Positions 44,455 through 54,084 of a DNA stretch of 64,000 nucleotides are shown piece by piece. The number at the start of each line of letters is the position of its first letter. Position 1 is the first letter of the stretch. The notes under the pieces are model-generated. The model was given only the letters and a program-made list of their open reading frames with translations. It made no database searches and was not told the origin of the DNA. Origin of the DNA: a virus; the IMG/VR virus record IMGVR_UViG_3300049855_000345, positions 3,534 to 67,533 of that record, one strand, 5' to 3'. Position numbers and translations under genes: made by a program.

Positions 44455-45780
44455 TTAAGAATGGATCAGAACACCTTTTACAGGAGTCGCTTTGGAAGTA
44501 GCTTGCTGTTGGCGAAGCTTTTCTGCTGCAACTTTATCCTGATCGATATTTTGACCTATATGATCAATTAACCCGTACTGGAGGCAAATTAGCCGTCTAA
44601 GACGCTGAGGAATCCTGTCAAGAAGATTTTTTACGCTTTTTTCGTCTTGTTCTTCTATTGAGGTCTGTTCCTCAAGTGCCAAAGTCTCTTCGTAAGCCGT
44701 AAGCGAATCCTCTACTATGAGAGGCTCGTCAGCGCAGCCGGAAGCGACCGCCATAAGAGTAAAACCCTCGGAACTCAAATGGTATTCGAGAGATTTTACC
44801 TGGCTGGTTTTAATACTATTGTAAATACTTTCTACGTGCGATTCCGCGTATCCTGCCGCTTTTGCTAGCTCTTCGAAGCTAACCGGGCCATTAACGCTTT
44901 CTAGCTTCTGTCGTACAGCTTCTAGTTTTGCATAGTGTTGCCATGTATTACTAGAGACCTTTATGACGTTAGCCTCTTCTTTCATGCAGAACAACATACG
45001 TTGGCGAATCCACCATTTGGCGTATCCTGGGAAGCGTGCATTACTAATATGATCGTAGGAGGATATAGCACGGAGCAGCCCCAAATTTCCGTTCTGGTAG
45101 CTGTCTAGGATGTAATCAGAGGATACGGATTGTCCCCTTGCCATTTTAAGAACAACTCTGGCATAAGCTTTACTTATGCGATTGTATATCGAGCGGATGG
45201 CTTCCATTCGTCGTGCTACGAAAGTGATGGTTCCGTAACTTGTAGAGGGGTCCAGTTCGTTGATCCGTTCGCTCTTTCGTACTTCTTTGCGTAGACTCAA
45301 CTCTTTATTGACATCGTTTTGTAGTACCGATTTCGTATACTCGTTGACTAGGTCTGGGTAGCCTCTAACGGCATTAAGCCACTCAATTATTACTGTCTCA
45401 AAGACCATTCTAGATATAGGTGTAGTTACAACGATCTCTGACTGTTTTTGTAGGTCATTTTGCGCCATCGCCTGCATAAGGTCCATGCAGCGACATAGCA
45501 TGTCTTCCTGTTGTTGAGGCTTATCAGCTACGGTGTCTACCAAGTCGTCTTTTGTATTGTAATCAACACTTCGCGTGAATATAGCCTTGTTGCGATCAAT
45601 ATTAGCGGCCACCTCTGCGCCTAGGTCAATTATTGCAAACTGGACTATTGTATTTTCCTGCACAAGGGTGTGCAGACACTCCTTCAGCAATTTATGTGCT
45701 TTAGCGAACAGCGGAAACAGCTCTTCTTGTTTGAGGGTTTCCGCTGCATTAGCTTTCGTTAATTCGTCGAAATGAGACAA
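44455..45780 (-). CDS. RpoD-like (group 1-3) phage sigma factor
   Basis: Region 2 QNGNLGLLRAISSYD...RFPGYAKWWIRQ; region 3 EELA...SLE; partial region 4. Confidence 0.85.
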   Translation of the reverse strand: MSHFDELTKANAAETLKQEELFPLFAKAHKLLKECLHTLVQENTIVQFAIIDLGAEVAANIDRNKAIFTRSVDYNTKDDLVDTVADKPQQQEDMLCRCMDLMQAMAQNDLQKQSEIVVTTPISRMVFETVIIEWLNAVRGYPDLVNEYTKSVLQNDVNKELSLRKEVRKSERINELDPSTSYGTITFVARRMEAIRSIYNRISKAYARVVLKMARGQSVSSDYILDSYQNGNLGLLRAISSYDHISNARFPGYAKWWIRQRMLFCMKEEANVIKVSSNTWQHYAKLEAVRQKLESVNGPVSFEELAKAAGYAESHVESIYNSIKTSQVKSLEYHLSSEGFTLMAVASGCADEPLIVEDSLTAYEETLALEEQTSIEEQDEKSVKNLLDRIPQRLRRLICLQYGLIDHIGQNIDQDKVAAEKLRQQQATSKATPVKGVLIHS

Positions 45781-45784
45781 TTTG

Positions 45785-46237
45785 TCACCTGTTTCGCTTG
45801 AGTTTGTCGCTGATTGCAGTCTTTGCCTGCTCTGCTGCTTTTTGCGTTGTATCTGCCGCTAGAGCCAGTTTCGCCAAGTAGGTCAGGTGTGGGCATAACC
45901 CTGGCAAGAACTTAGGATTAGCTTTTACAGGCATTTTTGGGTCTGCGTTCTCTAGTTTCGCGGACCCGCGAGCGGCAAGGGCAACCTCTAGTTTGTATTT
46001 GAAGTGATCGCAGGTGCAAGACACCATACAATGAGACCCAGGGCCTATGGTTTTGTCGTAGCAGCGAATTATTGCTCGACGTTGGCCGCTGTTTCCGTTG
46101 ATTATTCCAACAAACTTTATGTGTTCTCCTTTGTCATTCTTGTCGCTGGATTTTTTGAACGAATCGGCTCTGTAGCGGCTAGAACTTCGAAGGAACTCAG
46201 GGTCAGTCGCCTTCAGCATCGTACCTAAGGTAAGCAT
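45785..46237 (-). CDS. SWIM zinc-finger protein
   Basis: VSCTCDHF...GLCPHL. Confidence 0.75.
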   Translation of the reverse strand: MLTLGTMLKATDPEFLRSSSRYRADSFKKSSDKNDKGEHIKFVGIINGNSGQRRAIIRCYDKTIGPGSHCMVSCTCDHFKYKLEVALAARGSAKLENADPKMPVKANPKFLPGLCPHLTYLAKLALAADTTQKAAEQAKTAISDKLKRNR

Positions 46238-46257
46238 GGCAATTCCTGTCTTTTGTG

Positions 46258-46506
46258 CTAGCTAAAATTGATGAAGCCGATCTTTTGGAGGGTATCCAGG
46301 ACCGATCGTAGCTTTCTAAAAGCTAGTTTATTTGTCTGCGTAGCTAGCGCATTTTGTAGCTGTGGCGCAGGGGTACTGATTACAGCATTTGCTAATGTTT
46401 CCGCTAGCAGGACAAGAAGCGGGCCTCGCGTTAGTTGCAGTTCTTGCCCCAAGCGAGTCAGTAGTTTTTCTTGCTCTATAGCGCTCCGAGTATACCGGCT
46501 GTGCAT
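46258..46506 (-). CDS. hypothetical protein
   Basis: 82-aa ORF filling the gap. Confidence 0.45.
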   Translation of the reverse strand: MHSRYTRSAIEQEKLLTRLGQELQLTRGPLLVLLAETLANAVISTPAPQLQNALATQTNKLAFRKLRSVLDTLQKIGFINFS

Positions 46507-47267
46507 ATTGGAAAGTCGTAAATTAGTGGGTCTTCAGGACACAAATAGCGAAGACTATCTGTGATGTCCTCTGCAACTTTCCAGGTACTTCCGCTCTTAT
46601 TTGTGAGACCTAGATTTCTACTTATCCTGGCCACGTGCGTATCTAACGGGATGACAAGAGCACTTGTCGGAATACCTGTCCAGTTGCCTACGTCGATAGC
46701 GTCCTTTCGGACCATCCATCGGAGGAACATATTTAACCGTTTACATGCACTGCCGTCTTTTGGGCTAGGAATGAGGTAGAAAAAACCAGCAGACTTGTCG
46801 TCTACCAGATCGCGCAGGTATTCTACCAAGTTGGCTGCCGCATCATATACGTTTCCGGTCTCGTCGTATACATCACGAAAGACTGTCTCTAGCGTCCATC
46901 CGCACTTGTACATCACGCGGAGCGCCAGCAGCAGGCTGCATACATCTTTAGCCGAGTTGAATCGGTAGCGGAACCAGTCCAGTTTGGTTTCCCACGTTGC
47001 AGGGTCGGTATCTAGTAGATAGTCAACAGGGCGTTTTCCTAGCTGCTTCAATAGTCTTGCTACGACAGGTCTGAAAACATCCTGTTTTCCGTAAGAGAGC
47101 GTTGATACAATAAAGGCTGCAGCTTCCTGGTCTCTTTTATTTTTGTAGTTATACAGCAGCCCTATGGGATCTTTATCCCTAGCGTGCTCTTTTAGCACCT
47201 CAGACTGGGAAAGAAGCCGATCTAGTTTTTCTTTGATTTGTTTGATTTCTTCGTTTTGTAGCTTCAT
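46476..47267 (-). CDS. TIGR02757/DUF2400 family (HhH-glycosylase-like) protein
   Basis: DPI, LSYG, YRF, SACKRLNMFLRWMVR, LVIPLDTHV, PEDP..YDF. Confidence 0.88.
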   Translation of the reverse strand: MKLQNEEIKQIKEKLDRLLSQSEVLKEHARDKDPIGLLYNYKNKRDQEAAAFIVSTLSYGKQDVFRPVVARLLKQLGKRPVDYLLDTDPATWETKLDWFRYRFNSAKDVCSLLLALRVMYKCGWTLETVFRDVYDETGNVYDAAANLVEYLRDLVDDKSAGFFYLIPSPKDGSACKRLNMFLRWMVRKDAIDVGNWTGIPTSALVIPLDTHVARISRNLGLTNKSGSTWKVAEDITDSLRYLCPEDPLIYDFPICTAGILGAL

Positions 47268-47980
47268 GCTTTTGGCGGCGGTGGTGGAAGCGAACGATTG
47301 CGTAGCATACGGTGGCTGAGGAGGAACATTTGCACATCGGCGAAAACCTGGTCTGTGATAATGTCACCTTCCATAATTTTATCTAGCTGCTTTTGCATTA
47401 TTTTCCGCACGTATTTTTCTGGAGCATACATCCAATATGTTCGTCCTGTAAGCCCTCTAATAATGTCTTCGAAGGTATTCTTGTGCAGCTTGCCGTTCAC
47501 CCAGATTTCTCCTGCGAGAGACATGGTGTAGCCACGGAACTCCCAGTATAATCGGAAGGGGCTAGGCAGCGGAAGAAATAGCAAAAACGCAGACGCACAG
47601 TAATACAAAGGTGTGTACAACGGACCTAACAGCGCTAGAAATCCAAATACTCCTAAAAGTTGAGGCAGCGCATATGTAAATAGGAACGTTTTATGCTTCC
47701 TGTTATCAGAGACATGAACGTATTCGTGCGCTAGCGTACAGATGAGATCTGTTTCGTCCCATCCCGTGCCGTCGTCATACACTCCAAATTGCTTTGGAAG
47801 GCATATTGTGTTCATGTACGTAGTAACTACGTATCTGTTGAAATCTGGCAGAGCTACGCCTAGAAGACGCATCCACCAAATTTCACTCTTGTATTGGAAT
47901 TTTACGCCCCGCTCGGTCAGGAAATTCACAAAGAGCGCAACATTATTTCCTTTTGACCGCAGGTAATCGACAGCTTTCAT
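47264..47980 (-). CDS. membrane-associated HExxH metalloprotease-like protein
   Basis: LAHEYVH, hydrophobic hairpin, R..WEFRGY. Confidence 0.65.
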   Translation of the reverse strand: MKAVDYLRSKGNNVALFVNFLTERGVKFQYKSEIWWMRLLGVALPDFNRYVVTTYMNTICLPKQFGVYDDGTGWDETDLICTLAHEYVHVSDNRKHKTFLFTYALPQLLGVFGFLALLGPLYTPLYYCASAFLLFLPLPSPFRLYWEFRGYTMSLAGEIWVNGKLHKNTFEDIIRGLTGRTYWMYAPEKYVRKIMQKQLDKIMEGDIITDQVFADVQMFLLSHRMLRNRSLPPPPPKA

Positions 47981-48026
47981 AGTAGTACTCTCCGTAGAGT
48001 TGAACTCCGGAGGCGTACAAGTTATT

Positions 48027-48944
48027 TCAGAAGTCCTGAGGCATCAACGTATTTAGTAGCTGTGGTGACCATAGCTTTGACGCAATAGCTGTAGTACGAC
48101 AACTATCGTATCTGCTACCTCTCACCCCCGGTACATCTGCCCAGCGCCCGTATTGTCTTGTTCCGAGGGTGCGAATTAGGGCCTGTGCGAAGTGCGTAGG
48201 ATCCGGACTATCTCCCACCCTATCCAGTACGGTCTCCAGGCAGGATTTGGCAATTGCTGGTGCATTTGGTACAAAAGAGTGGTAGACGCACATGGCTAAA
48301 TCTACCGCCTCTGGCAGTTGGTGCACGTCAATTTTTTCTGGTGACTGAACGTCAGGAATAAATAGCCTATAAGCTTCCAGCTCAGTACTTAGTGCGCTCC
48401 GCACCAAGTATTCAATACTATGATCTATTTGGGCTTCGTGGGTGCGATCATCCGACAGCAGGTCATAAAATAACTGAGCCCACTTCTCTGCTTGTTGCCG
48501 TTGAGGGCCTGTTTTAGGTACCATCCCGTTTGGCGGTGTAAAGGTCGCACGTATAGCTTGGCCAGAAATAACGGAACCGTTCTTTAAGTCTCGTAGTTTA
48601 CCGTCTTTAGCGATATACCAACCCTGCGCTTTGAAAGCGTCCCATAGCGGTTGTACCGGAGCGCCAGGTGTCATTTCTATGCGTCGTAGTAGGGAGAACA
48701 GCGGTCCCTGCTCCATAGTACGAGGAAATAGTGCAATCCAATGCATTGGACCACCAGACATGCCGCAGCCATCGTAGCCTTGGACAGTTCCCCAGAGAGG
48801 AGCCTCCAGTTGTGATGTTAGGTAAAATGCCCTATGCATATGTAGCTGAGCATCGGATCCAGAAGGCACGTTCACGGTCGTAGTGCCCGCAATTTTGATG
48901 CCAGCATATTTATCTTGGTATGTCAAGTAGGAAACTTTAGCCAT
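48027..48944 (-). CDS. putative lysozyme-fold cell-wall hydrolase
   Basis: E-(6)-TVQGYDGCGMSGG.MHW resembles a lysozyme-like Glu plus beta-hairpin. Confidence 0.45.
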   Translation of the reverse strand: MAKVSYLTYQDKYAGIKIAGTTTVNVPSGSDAQLHMHRAFYLTSQLEAPLWGTVQGYDGCGMSGGPMHWIALFPRTMEQGPLFSLLRRIEMTPGAPVQPLWDAFKAQGWYIAKDGKLRDLKNGSVISGQAIRATFTPPNGMVPKTGPQRQQAEKWAQLFYDLLSDDRTHEAQIDHSIEYLVRSALSTELEAYRLFIPDVQSPEKIDVHQLPEAVDLAMCVYHSFVPNAPAIAKSCLETVLDRVGDSPDPTHFAQALIRTLGTRQYGRWADVPGVRGSRYDSCRTTAIASKLWSPQLLNTLMPQDF

Positions 48945-48960
48945 ACCAATAAATAAGATA

Positions 48961-49227
48961 TTATGGGTCAGTATAGACCCTTAGGTCCTCCTCTATGAGG
49001 CTAGCCAGTTCGTCGTATAACTCTTCAAGTGTTTTGTTGTAGTCTTCCGCATCGATCGTATAGCTCCGCATGACAGGAGGAGCCATTGTGATGTGAAGCT
49101 TTCCTTCTTTGAAGACAATGCCGTTACTGCACTTCTCTCTGGGAGGGAAGCGATCATTGAGTTTTCTAAGAAATTCCAGTAGTTCCTTCCTTAGACTAGT
49201 CTCTGCAGTGGTCCTTATTGGACACTT
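48961..49227 (-). CDS. open frame without a canonical 5' start
   Basis: ...SLRKELLEFLRKLNDRFPP...EELYDELASLIEEDLRVYTDP*; only ATA (49218) or an internal ATG is available. Confidence 0.4.
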   Translation of the reverse strand, partial: KCPIRTTAETSLRKELLEFLRKLNDRFPPREKCSNGIVFKEGKLHITMAPPVMRSYTIDAEDYNKTLEELYDELASLIEEDLRVYTDP

Positions 49228-49375
49228 TTAGACCTTCTTCTCGGGCCTCGATCAAGGCTTTAGCCTCTTGTTTTGTCAGTTTACGTTTGTTCCTGAGACC
49301 GCCATCCCGGTCACGACAAGCGCACATTCCACAACAGCCTTTGATTCTTTTCGGACGGGTATTTTTGTAATGCAT
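49196..49375 (-). CDS. small basic CCxxC protein (59 aa, missing from ORF track)
   Basis: MHYKNTRPKRIKGCCGMCACRDRDGGLRNKRKLTKQE... Confidence 0.6.
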   Translation of the reverse strand: MHYKNTRPKRIKGCCGMCACRDRDGGLRNKRKLTKQEAKALIEAREEGLKVSNKDHCRD

Positions 49376-49448
49376 GTATCTAGTGTCTTTCCACCAGCAG
49401 GCGCCACCTGCGCGCTGGTGATTGCACTATTTGTGTGTTTGTGTAGCA

Positions 49449-49616
49449 TTACTCTTTCTCCTGTTTCGAAGCTAGCTGCTCTTTGATGATGTCTTTCTCG
49501 CTCCTGCGGCGGTGTCGTACCGTCATAGTTTTGGACACACGACGTCCTTCCTGGCCCTGGCGCTTCATGCAGTTGTAGCAGCAGGAGTTGCATTTGTGTT
49601 CGACGTAGTCACTCAT
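49449..49616 (-). CDS. small basic CCxxC protein
   Basis: MSDYVEHKCNSCCYNCMKR...; start coupled to the upstream stop. Confidence 0.55.
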   Translation of the reverse strand: MSDYVEHKCNSCCYNCMKRQGQEGRRVSKTMTVRHRRRSEKDIIKEQLASKQEKE

Positions 49617-49825
49617 CACCAACGTCCTCTTGGTTTTCGCTGTATTACGCGGCGAAGATCTTCGGCACCCTTCCGGAGGGCTTCCTCTACTTCTTCCGGT
49701 GTAATACATGGAGCGTTGGCGTACTCTTCCTCGGTCAGGGTCTCCAACATCGAATGGTCTAGGACGCGTTTACGTTGCGCGTCCCTATCCTCAGTTGTGT
49801 TATACTTTCGTGTCAAGTATTTCAT
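49616..49825 (-). CDS. hypothetical protein
   Basis: ORF abutting neighbours. Confidence 0.55.
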   Translation of the reverse strand: MKYLTRKYNTTEDRDAQRKRVLDHSMLETLTEEEYANAPCITPEEVEEALRKGAEDLRRVIQRKPRGRW

Positions 49826-50257
49826 TTAGTCTACTTTTACCCATAGTACGGTAGGAGGTTTTTTCAATACCCTCGCCGCCATTAATCTAGTATTTCCAGC
49901 CACTAGTATTAGTTTCCCTGCAAACTCTAGCACAATAGGCGCAGGCAAGCTCGTTCCTTTGTTCATGGCGTTAAGAATAGGTTCTAGCTCTTTACCGTAC
50001 GTCTGTGCTAGCTGCTGCACTTGCTTTAGCGTCTTAACTTTATAGGAGTCAGTATTCTCTAGACGTTTCCAGTCTTTATCCACCAGCGGTCGAAGCTGCG
50101 CTTTACGACAAGCGTGGTACAGTGTGGCTAGTGGAATCTTTGTTTCTTGCGAGACTCTGGCGAACTCTTCTCGCTCTTCTTTGTACGCTGGCAGGATCCA
50201 CAGACCCGCTAAGCGTGTTAGTCCTGCTACGATGCTGGATAGTTTTTCTATTGTCAT
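49826..50257 (-). CDS. ParB/Srx-like domain protein
   Basis: LPAPIV...LILVAGNTRLMAA. Confidence 0.7.
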   Translation of the reverse strand: MTIEKLSSIVAGLTRLAGLWILPAYKEEREEFARVSQETKIPLATLYHACRKAQLRPLVDKDWKRLENTDSYKVKTLKQVQQLAQTYGKELEPILNAMNKGTSLPAPIVLEFAGKLILVAGNTRLMAARVLKKPPTVLWVKVD

Positions 50258-50259
50258 AC

Positions 50260-52296
50260 TCAGTATCTCGTCTTCTTACGTACAACGCCGAGTTTTGCAT
50301 CAAAGTTTCCAGAGGCACCTTTAAAAGATGCCGCTGTAGTTTTGCCTATGACTACCCCGAGCGATCCCAGCGCCCTACTGGAAGAGCCCAAACCTGCCTT
50401 TAGAAAGTCGTCACGATATAACTGCAGGTATCTACTTGCCAGAATTACTGTTCGGAACATGTCGTCGTCACCAGCTTCTGGTTTGAGCACCTTTTTACCG
50501 GCTTCCCTCACGGTAGCCATCTGTAGCGCAAGATGGGTGTATGGTGCGTTTTTGAGCTGGTTTTGATTTGTAATATCTAGGTCTTCCAGGCTTTCGTGCT
50601 CCCACCTAGGCATCTTGTAGTTCTGACTGTTTATAATGTTGCGGAATTCCTGGAAATCTGCTGGTTTTGGGCTGTATTGCTCCGCCACGATTTTGAGGTC
50701 GCGAAGTCTTTGGATTTCACCTGTACTCTGCCAGCGGTCATACGCCACATATTTGATATTGAAGTGTTTGCACAGCTTCAGTACGATTTCGAACATCGTT
50801 GGAAAGTGGATGGATATTGTGGTATCGGTATCTTGGATTCTCTCTGGAGCCACAGATACTGTACCGTCTAGTACAAGTTTGACCTCTTGATCGTCCTTTT
50901 CCACATGGTGCAGAGATATGGCAAAGCAGTTGCCGCTTTCACCCGCGTCGCATGTGATAATACGCGCTGTTTGTTTGTCTGTATCGCATGAAACAACTTC
51001 TGCAGCAATAAATTTACCACTTCCAGCTTTGTCACTGATATACTTGGGTTTTGTCTGGAAAGCTGGCGTTTTGTTAGTTTTTGTGGAATAGATTGCTTGC
51101 TTGTTGGCAATGAATGGGCTGTCCGCGAGTGGAGGCTGTGCGCCAAAGTCGCGTAGAAAGATAATTGGTTTGTTGATTTCTTCGGACCTGAAGTCCTCTC
51201 GCTTGTATTGTGGTGAAGCCTCCCACGTAGCCCAGTGAAAGGATGCTTTTCGAGGGTCACGCTCAGCTTCTTTCAGCAAAGACATGATTTTATCGAACTG
51301 GGATCGTGGAGAGCTGATGTTCAGCATATATGCGGTTGGTACGTCGTAATCACCCTGAGCCCAGAGTTGATCTGTTTTATTGCGTACGGTACGTAGGCTG
51401 TTGGCCAGTGCGGTGTACGTCTCATCTGCGTTGGCTCGCACGGCGCTGTCTGCAGAGTTAAACCAGCCAAGCTCATCAATCGCACCTAGCAAACGAGTAC
51501 GACCACGCAGAGTTTTCATATCAGCAGCCTGATAAGTAGCAGATATTTTTTTGTCTCCATACCAAACGAAAGAATCAAGTACCTTCACCAAGGTTCCAGG
51601 AGGTACGCCTTTCCTTTTCTCCTCATCACGGAGAGCCGCATGATAATTTACGAACCAGGGGGCTGATGTGACTTGGTTGTGGATTGCGGTCCATAGCGTT
51701 TCGTACGCCTGTTTGGCAGACACCGCCACCACTGTCATTTGAAGCATTGTTCCTGGCATTAAGCCTAGGTAACGTACAGGGTTCGGAATTTTCAGGTATC
51801 TGTGTAGGATATACGGCGTTAGTACGCCTCCGGTTAATGCTGTTTTACCTGCGCGTTGCCCAACACAGCTCACAAGTTCGTTTGGAAATATAGTGAATAG
51901 CTCTTTGCGATTACGTTTACACTTAGGGCAGATGCTGTATTCTAGTAGCTGTACTCGTTCCTGAAACTGTGAAATACTATCACCTACAGGCACGTCGGCT
52001 ACGTAATCCGGGTCTGAGCATGCTGGGCAGTATTCTGCAAATAGTTTAACAGCTTGTTCTGCTTGTTTTGCGAACAAGGTGGTGGTGTTAAGGAACGTTG
52101 GTCCTACTGCGAATTCTATTACATTTTTGGCGCGAGGTAGTTCAACCTCTACCTCGAAAACATCAGGAGATAGGCCGCTATTGACTACACTATTGACTAA
52201 GTCGTCAATGTCTAGTAAATGTGCATTTTCTGATCGTTTAGACAAGCAATCCGCGCTTTCGGAGGATATGACCGAACTTGCGCCACACTTCTCCAT
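50260..52296 (-). CDS. terL: terminase large subunit
   Basis: GQRAGKT, AVSAKQA, LRGRT...IDELGW, ISSP, ATWE, RDFGA, CDAG, YDRWQS, DD. Confidence 0.9.
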   Translation of the reverse strand: MEKCGASSVISSESADCLSKRSENAHLLDIDDLVNSVVNSGLSPDVFEVEVELPRAKNVIEFAVGPTFLNTTTLFAKQAEQAVKLFAEYCPACSDPDYVADVPVGDSISQFQERVQLLEYSICPKCKRNRKELFTIFPNELVSCVGQRAGKTALTGGVLTPYILHRYLKIPNPVRYLGLMPGTMLQMTVVAVSAKQAYETLWTAIHNQVTSAPWFVNYHAALRDEEKRKGVPPGTLVKVLDSFVWYGDKKISATYQAADMKTLRGRTRLLGAIDELGWFNSADSAVRANADETYTALANSLRTVRNKTDQLWAQGDYDVPTAYMLNISSPRSQFDKIMSLLKEAERDPRKASFHWATWEASPQYKREDFRSEEINKPIIFLRDFGAQPPLADSPFIANKQAIYSTKTNKTPAFQTKPKYISDKAGSGKFIAAEVVSCDTDKQTARIITCDAGESGNCFAISLHHVEKDDQEVKLVLDGTVSVAPERIQDTDTTISIHFPTMFEIVLKLCKHFNIKYVAYDRWQSTGEIQRLRDLKIVAEQYSPKPADFQEFRNIINSQNYKMPRWEHESLEDLDITNQNQLKNAPYTHLALQMATVREAGKKVLKPEAGDDDMFRTVILASRYLQLYRDDFLKAGLGSSSRALGSLGVVIGKTTAASFKGASGNFDAKLGVVRKKTRY

Positions 52297-53353
52297 GAGT
52301 AAAATTTAGAGTTTTAATGTCTTGTACCTTTATGAAGGATAGTCTGGTGTCAAGACCGACACGGCCTTCTGGCTTACATAGGGGATATTCGCCTTTGGAT
52401 GTGAGCAGGTATGATTGATCGTCAGGGGCCACTACTATGGTTTTTCCGTCCCCACAATAGATGAGTACGTGCTTTTTCAGACGGAACGGCGCAGAGGCCG
52501 CATGCAGGCCATAGCTTTCAGGTTTGAAGATTTGGGTGAACCTAGCAGCTTGGTACCTCAATACTTTAGAGATTTGTTTAGCGTTAGCATGTGAGAGTAC
52601 GAATATAGCAGTCATGTCAATCAGACCGTTTTTACCACGATGACAATGCACATTCATGTGATCTGTGTGTGGATCGAACTTGTAGCTTATTTCGACGCCG
52701 TCCATTTCCAGTTTGTGCCACAATCCGTCTTTTCGCTGCTCTGTGTTTACATGCGTACCTTTGCTGAAGCGAGCTACTTCTTCTGGTGGGTGGCCGTCCT
52801 TCAGTGGTATCGCGGTATTGAGGATAATTCCGTTCTCTCTGCGGAAGGCCACCATACCGTTGGCTTTAAGATCGCGAATAGCGTCACCTAGCGCTTTATC
52901 CGTATTTCCTCGTGGTGTTACCCAGAAGAATATGCCGTTTTTTGTGTTCTTAGTGTAGTACGGCACGGAGCCTGGTTTGGCACGATCTTTGAATGTAACC
53001 AGTGTGATGTCGTGTTTTTTGAAAGCGTCCTCTATTACAGAGAATGCGTGGTCCCAATTGATTTCGACAGAGGCACCAGCAGGACCATTTTTTAGAGCTG
53101 TTTTTGTTAGCTCTCTTACTCCGCTTGCCACCATTCTAAGGACGTCAACCAGAGCAATACCATGTCCAGGTTCACAATTATATGGGCTAGGATTGCCAGG
53201 TTGGTTGCGCCCTGTGTATAGGTCTGAGGGGGCATCCGTTTCGTAAGGAATAGGTGCAGGACCCTCCTGCCGTATGTCGGTTTTTTCCTCTTCCGGCTTT
53301 GACTCTGGACTTCTCTGGTCAAACTTGAGAAATTTCATGTTAGTAGTCCTCAA
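52238..53353 (-). CDS. hypothetical protein
   Basis: 371-aa ORF upstream of terL. Confidence 0.7.
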   Translation of the reverse strand: MRTTNMKFLKFDQRSPESKPEEEKTDIRQEGPAPIPYETDAPSDLYTGRNQPGNPSPYNCEPGHGIALVDVLRMVASGVRELTKTALKNGPAGASVEINWDHAFSVIEDAFKKHDITLVTFKDRAKPGSVPYYTKNTKNGIFFWVTPRGNTDKALGDAIRDLKANGMVAFRRENGIILNTAIPLKDGHPPEEVARFSKGTHVNTEQRKDGLWHKLEMDGVEISYKFDPHTDHMNVHCHRGKNGLIDMTAIFVLSHANAKQISKVLRYQAARFTQIFKPESYGLHAASAPFRLKKHVLIYCGDGKTIVVAPDDQSYLLTSKGEYPLCKPEGRVGLDTRLSFIKVQDIKTLNFTHGEVWRKFGHILRKRGLLV

Positions 53354-53964
53354 TTGCTCTGGTTCGCGTCTTTAGGCTTTTTGGTAGGATCCGCAACGGC
53401 CCCAAAGTAGCTATTCATGTTTACAATAGCGGTATTCATGTTTGTTTTGATGCGTTCGGCTGATCTTTTGAAAAACTCTTCTAACAATTTCGAGGACACT
53501 TCTGGAGGAGTGCCTGCAGCTTGTAGCTCATTTCGTAGTTTATTGGCTTCTTCTGTGATGCTTCTGAGCATATCTTTTATTAGTGGGTTCATCACACGAA
53601 GGACCAAATCTCTTACTGTATCTTCGGGCTTCGTAAGCTCTTCATACTTGGCTATGATCTCTTTGTACTCGGATACCAGGCGGGCGTATCCCTGCTGTAG
53701 CCCAGGCGAGTCTTTTCGATCTATCATCGCTTGTCTTGCGTGACCAACGTCGTCTTCCAGCTGTTCTATTAGATCTCTATATCGTTCGTGCTGGCTTTTT
53801 GGTTTTTTGATGCAAGTTTGACAATGTTTTCGTATACTGTCGTAATCGATCCCTAGTATAATTCCGATATCCTCAGGCTCTTGGCCGTTGAGATACATAT
53901 GTTTTATTCTGTCTACTAGCAGCATGTCCAGCTGGCATATATCGCAAGGCTCATTATTACTCAT
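53350..53964 (-). CDS. putative terminase small subunit / Zn-HTH helical protein
   Basis: CDIC...HTH-like...HC..C N-terminus, helical body, near terL. Confidence 0.45.
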   Translation of the reverse strand: MSNNEPCDICQLDMLLVDRIKHMYLNGQEPEDIGIILGIDYDSIRKHCQTCIKKPKSQHERYRDLIEQLEDDVGHARQAMIDRKDSPGLQQGYARLVSEYKEIIAKYEELTKPEDTVRDLVLRVMNPLIKDMLRSITEEANKLRNELQAAGTPPEVSSKLLEEFFKRSAERIKTNMNTAIVNMNSYFGAVADPTKKPKDANQSN

Positions 53965-54021
53965 ACAGACCTACTAAAGTTGTGGTAATTTACACTTTTA
54001 CCTAGGAACATGGATCAAAAT

Positions 54022-54057
54022 GAAATGGCCTGGGCCTTTTCAGGCTCAGGCCATTTC
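54022..54057 (-). terminator. terminator hairpin after 54085..54915
   Basis: GAAATGGCCTG(G/A)GCCT 16-bp inverted repeat. Confidence 0.7.
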
Positions 54058-54084
54058 CTTAGGTACCTAACCTCGAATGTCTGC

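Noticed and set aside
49276-49593. 105-aa ORF from the track
   Set aside because: It overlaps two better-supported CCxxC miniprotein frames and a hairpin.
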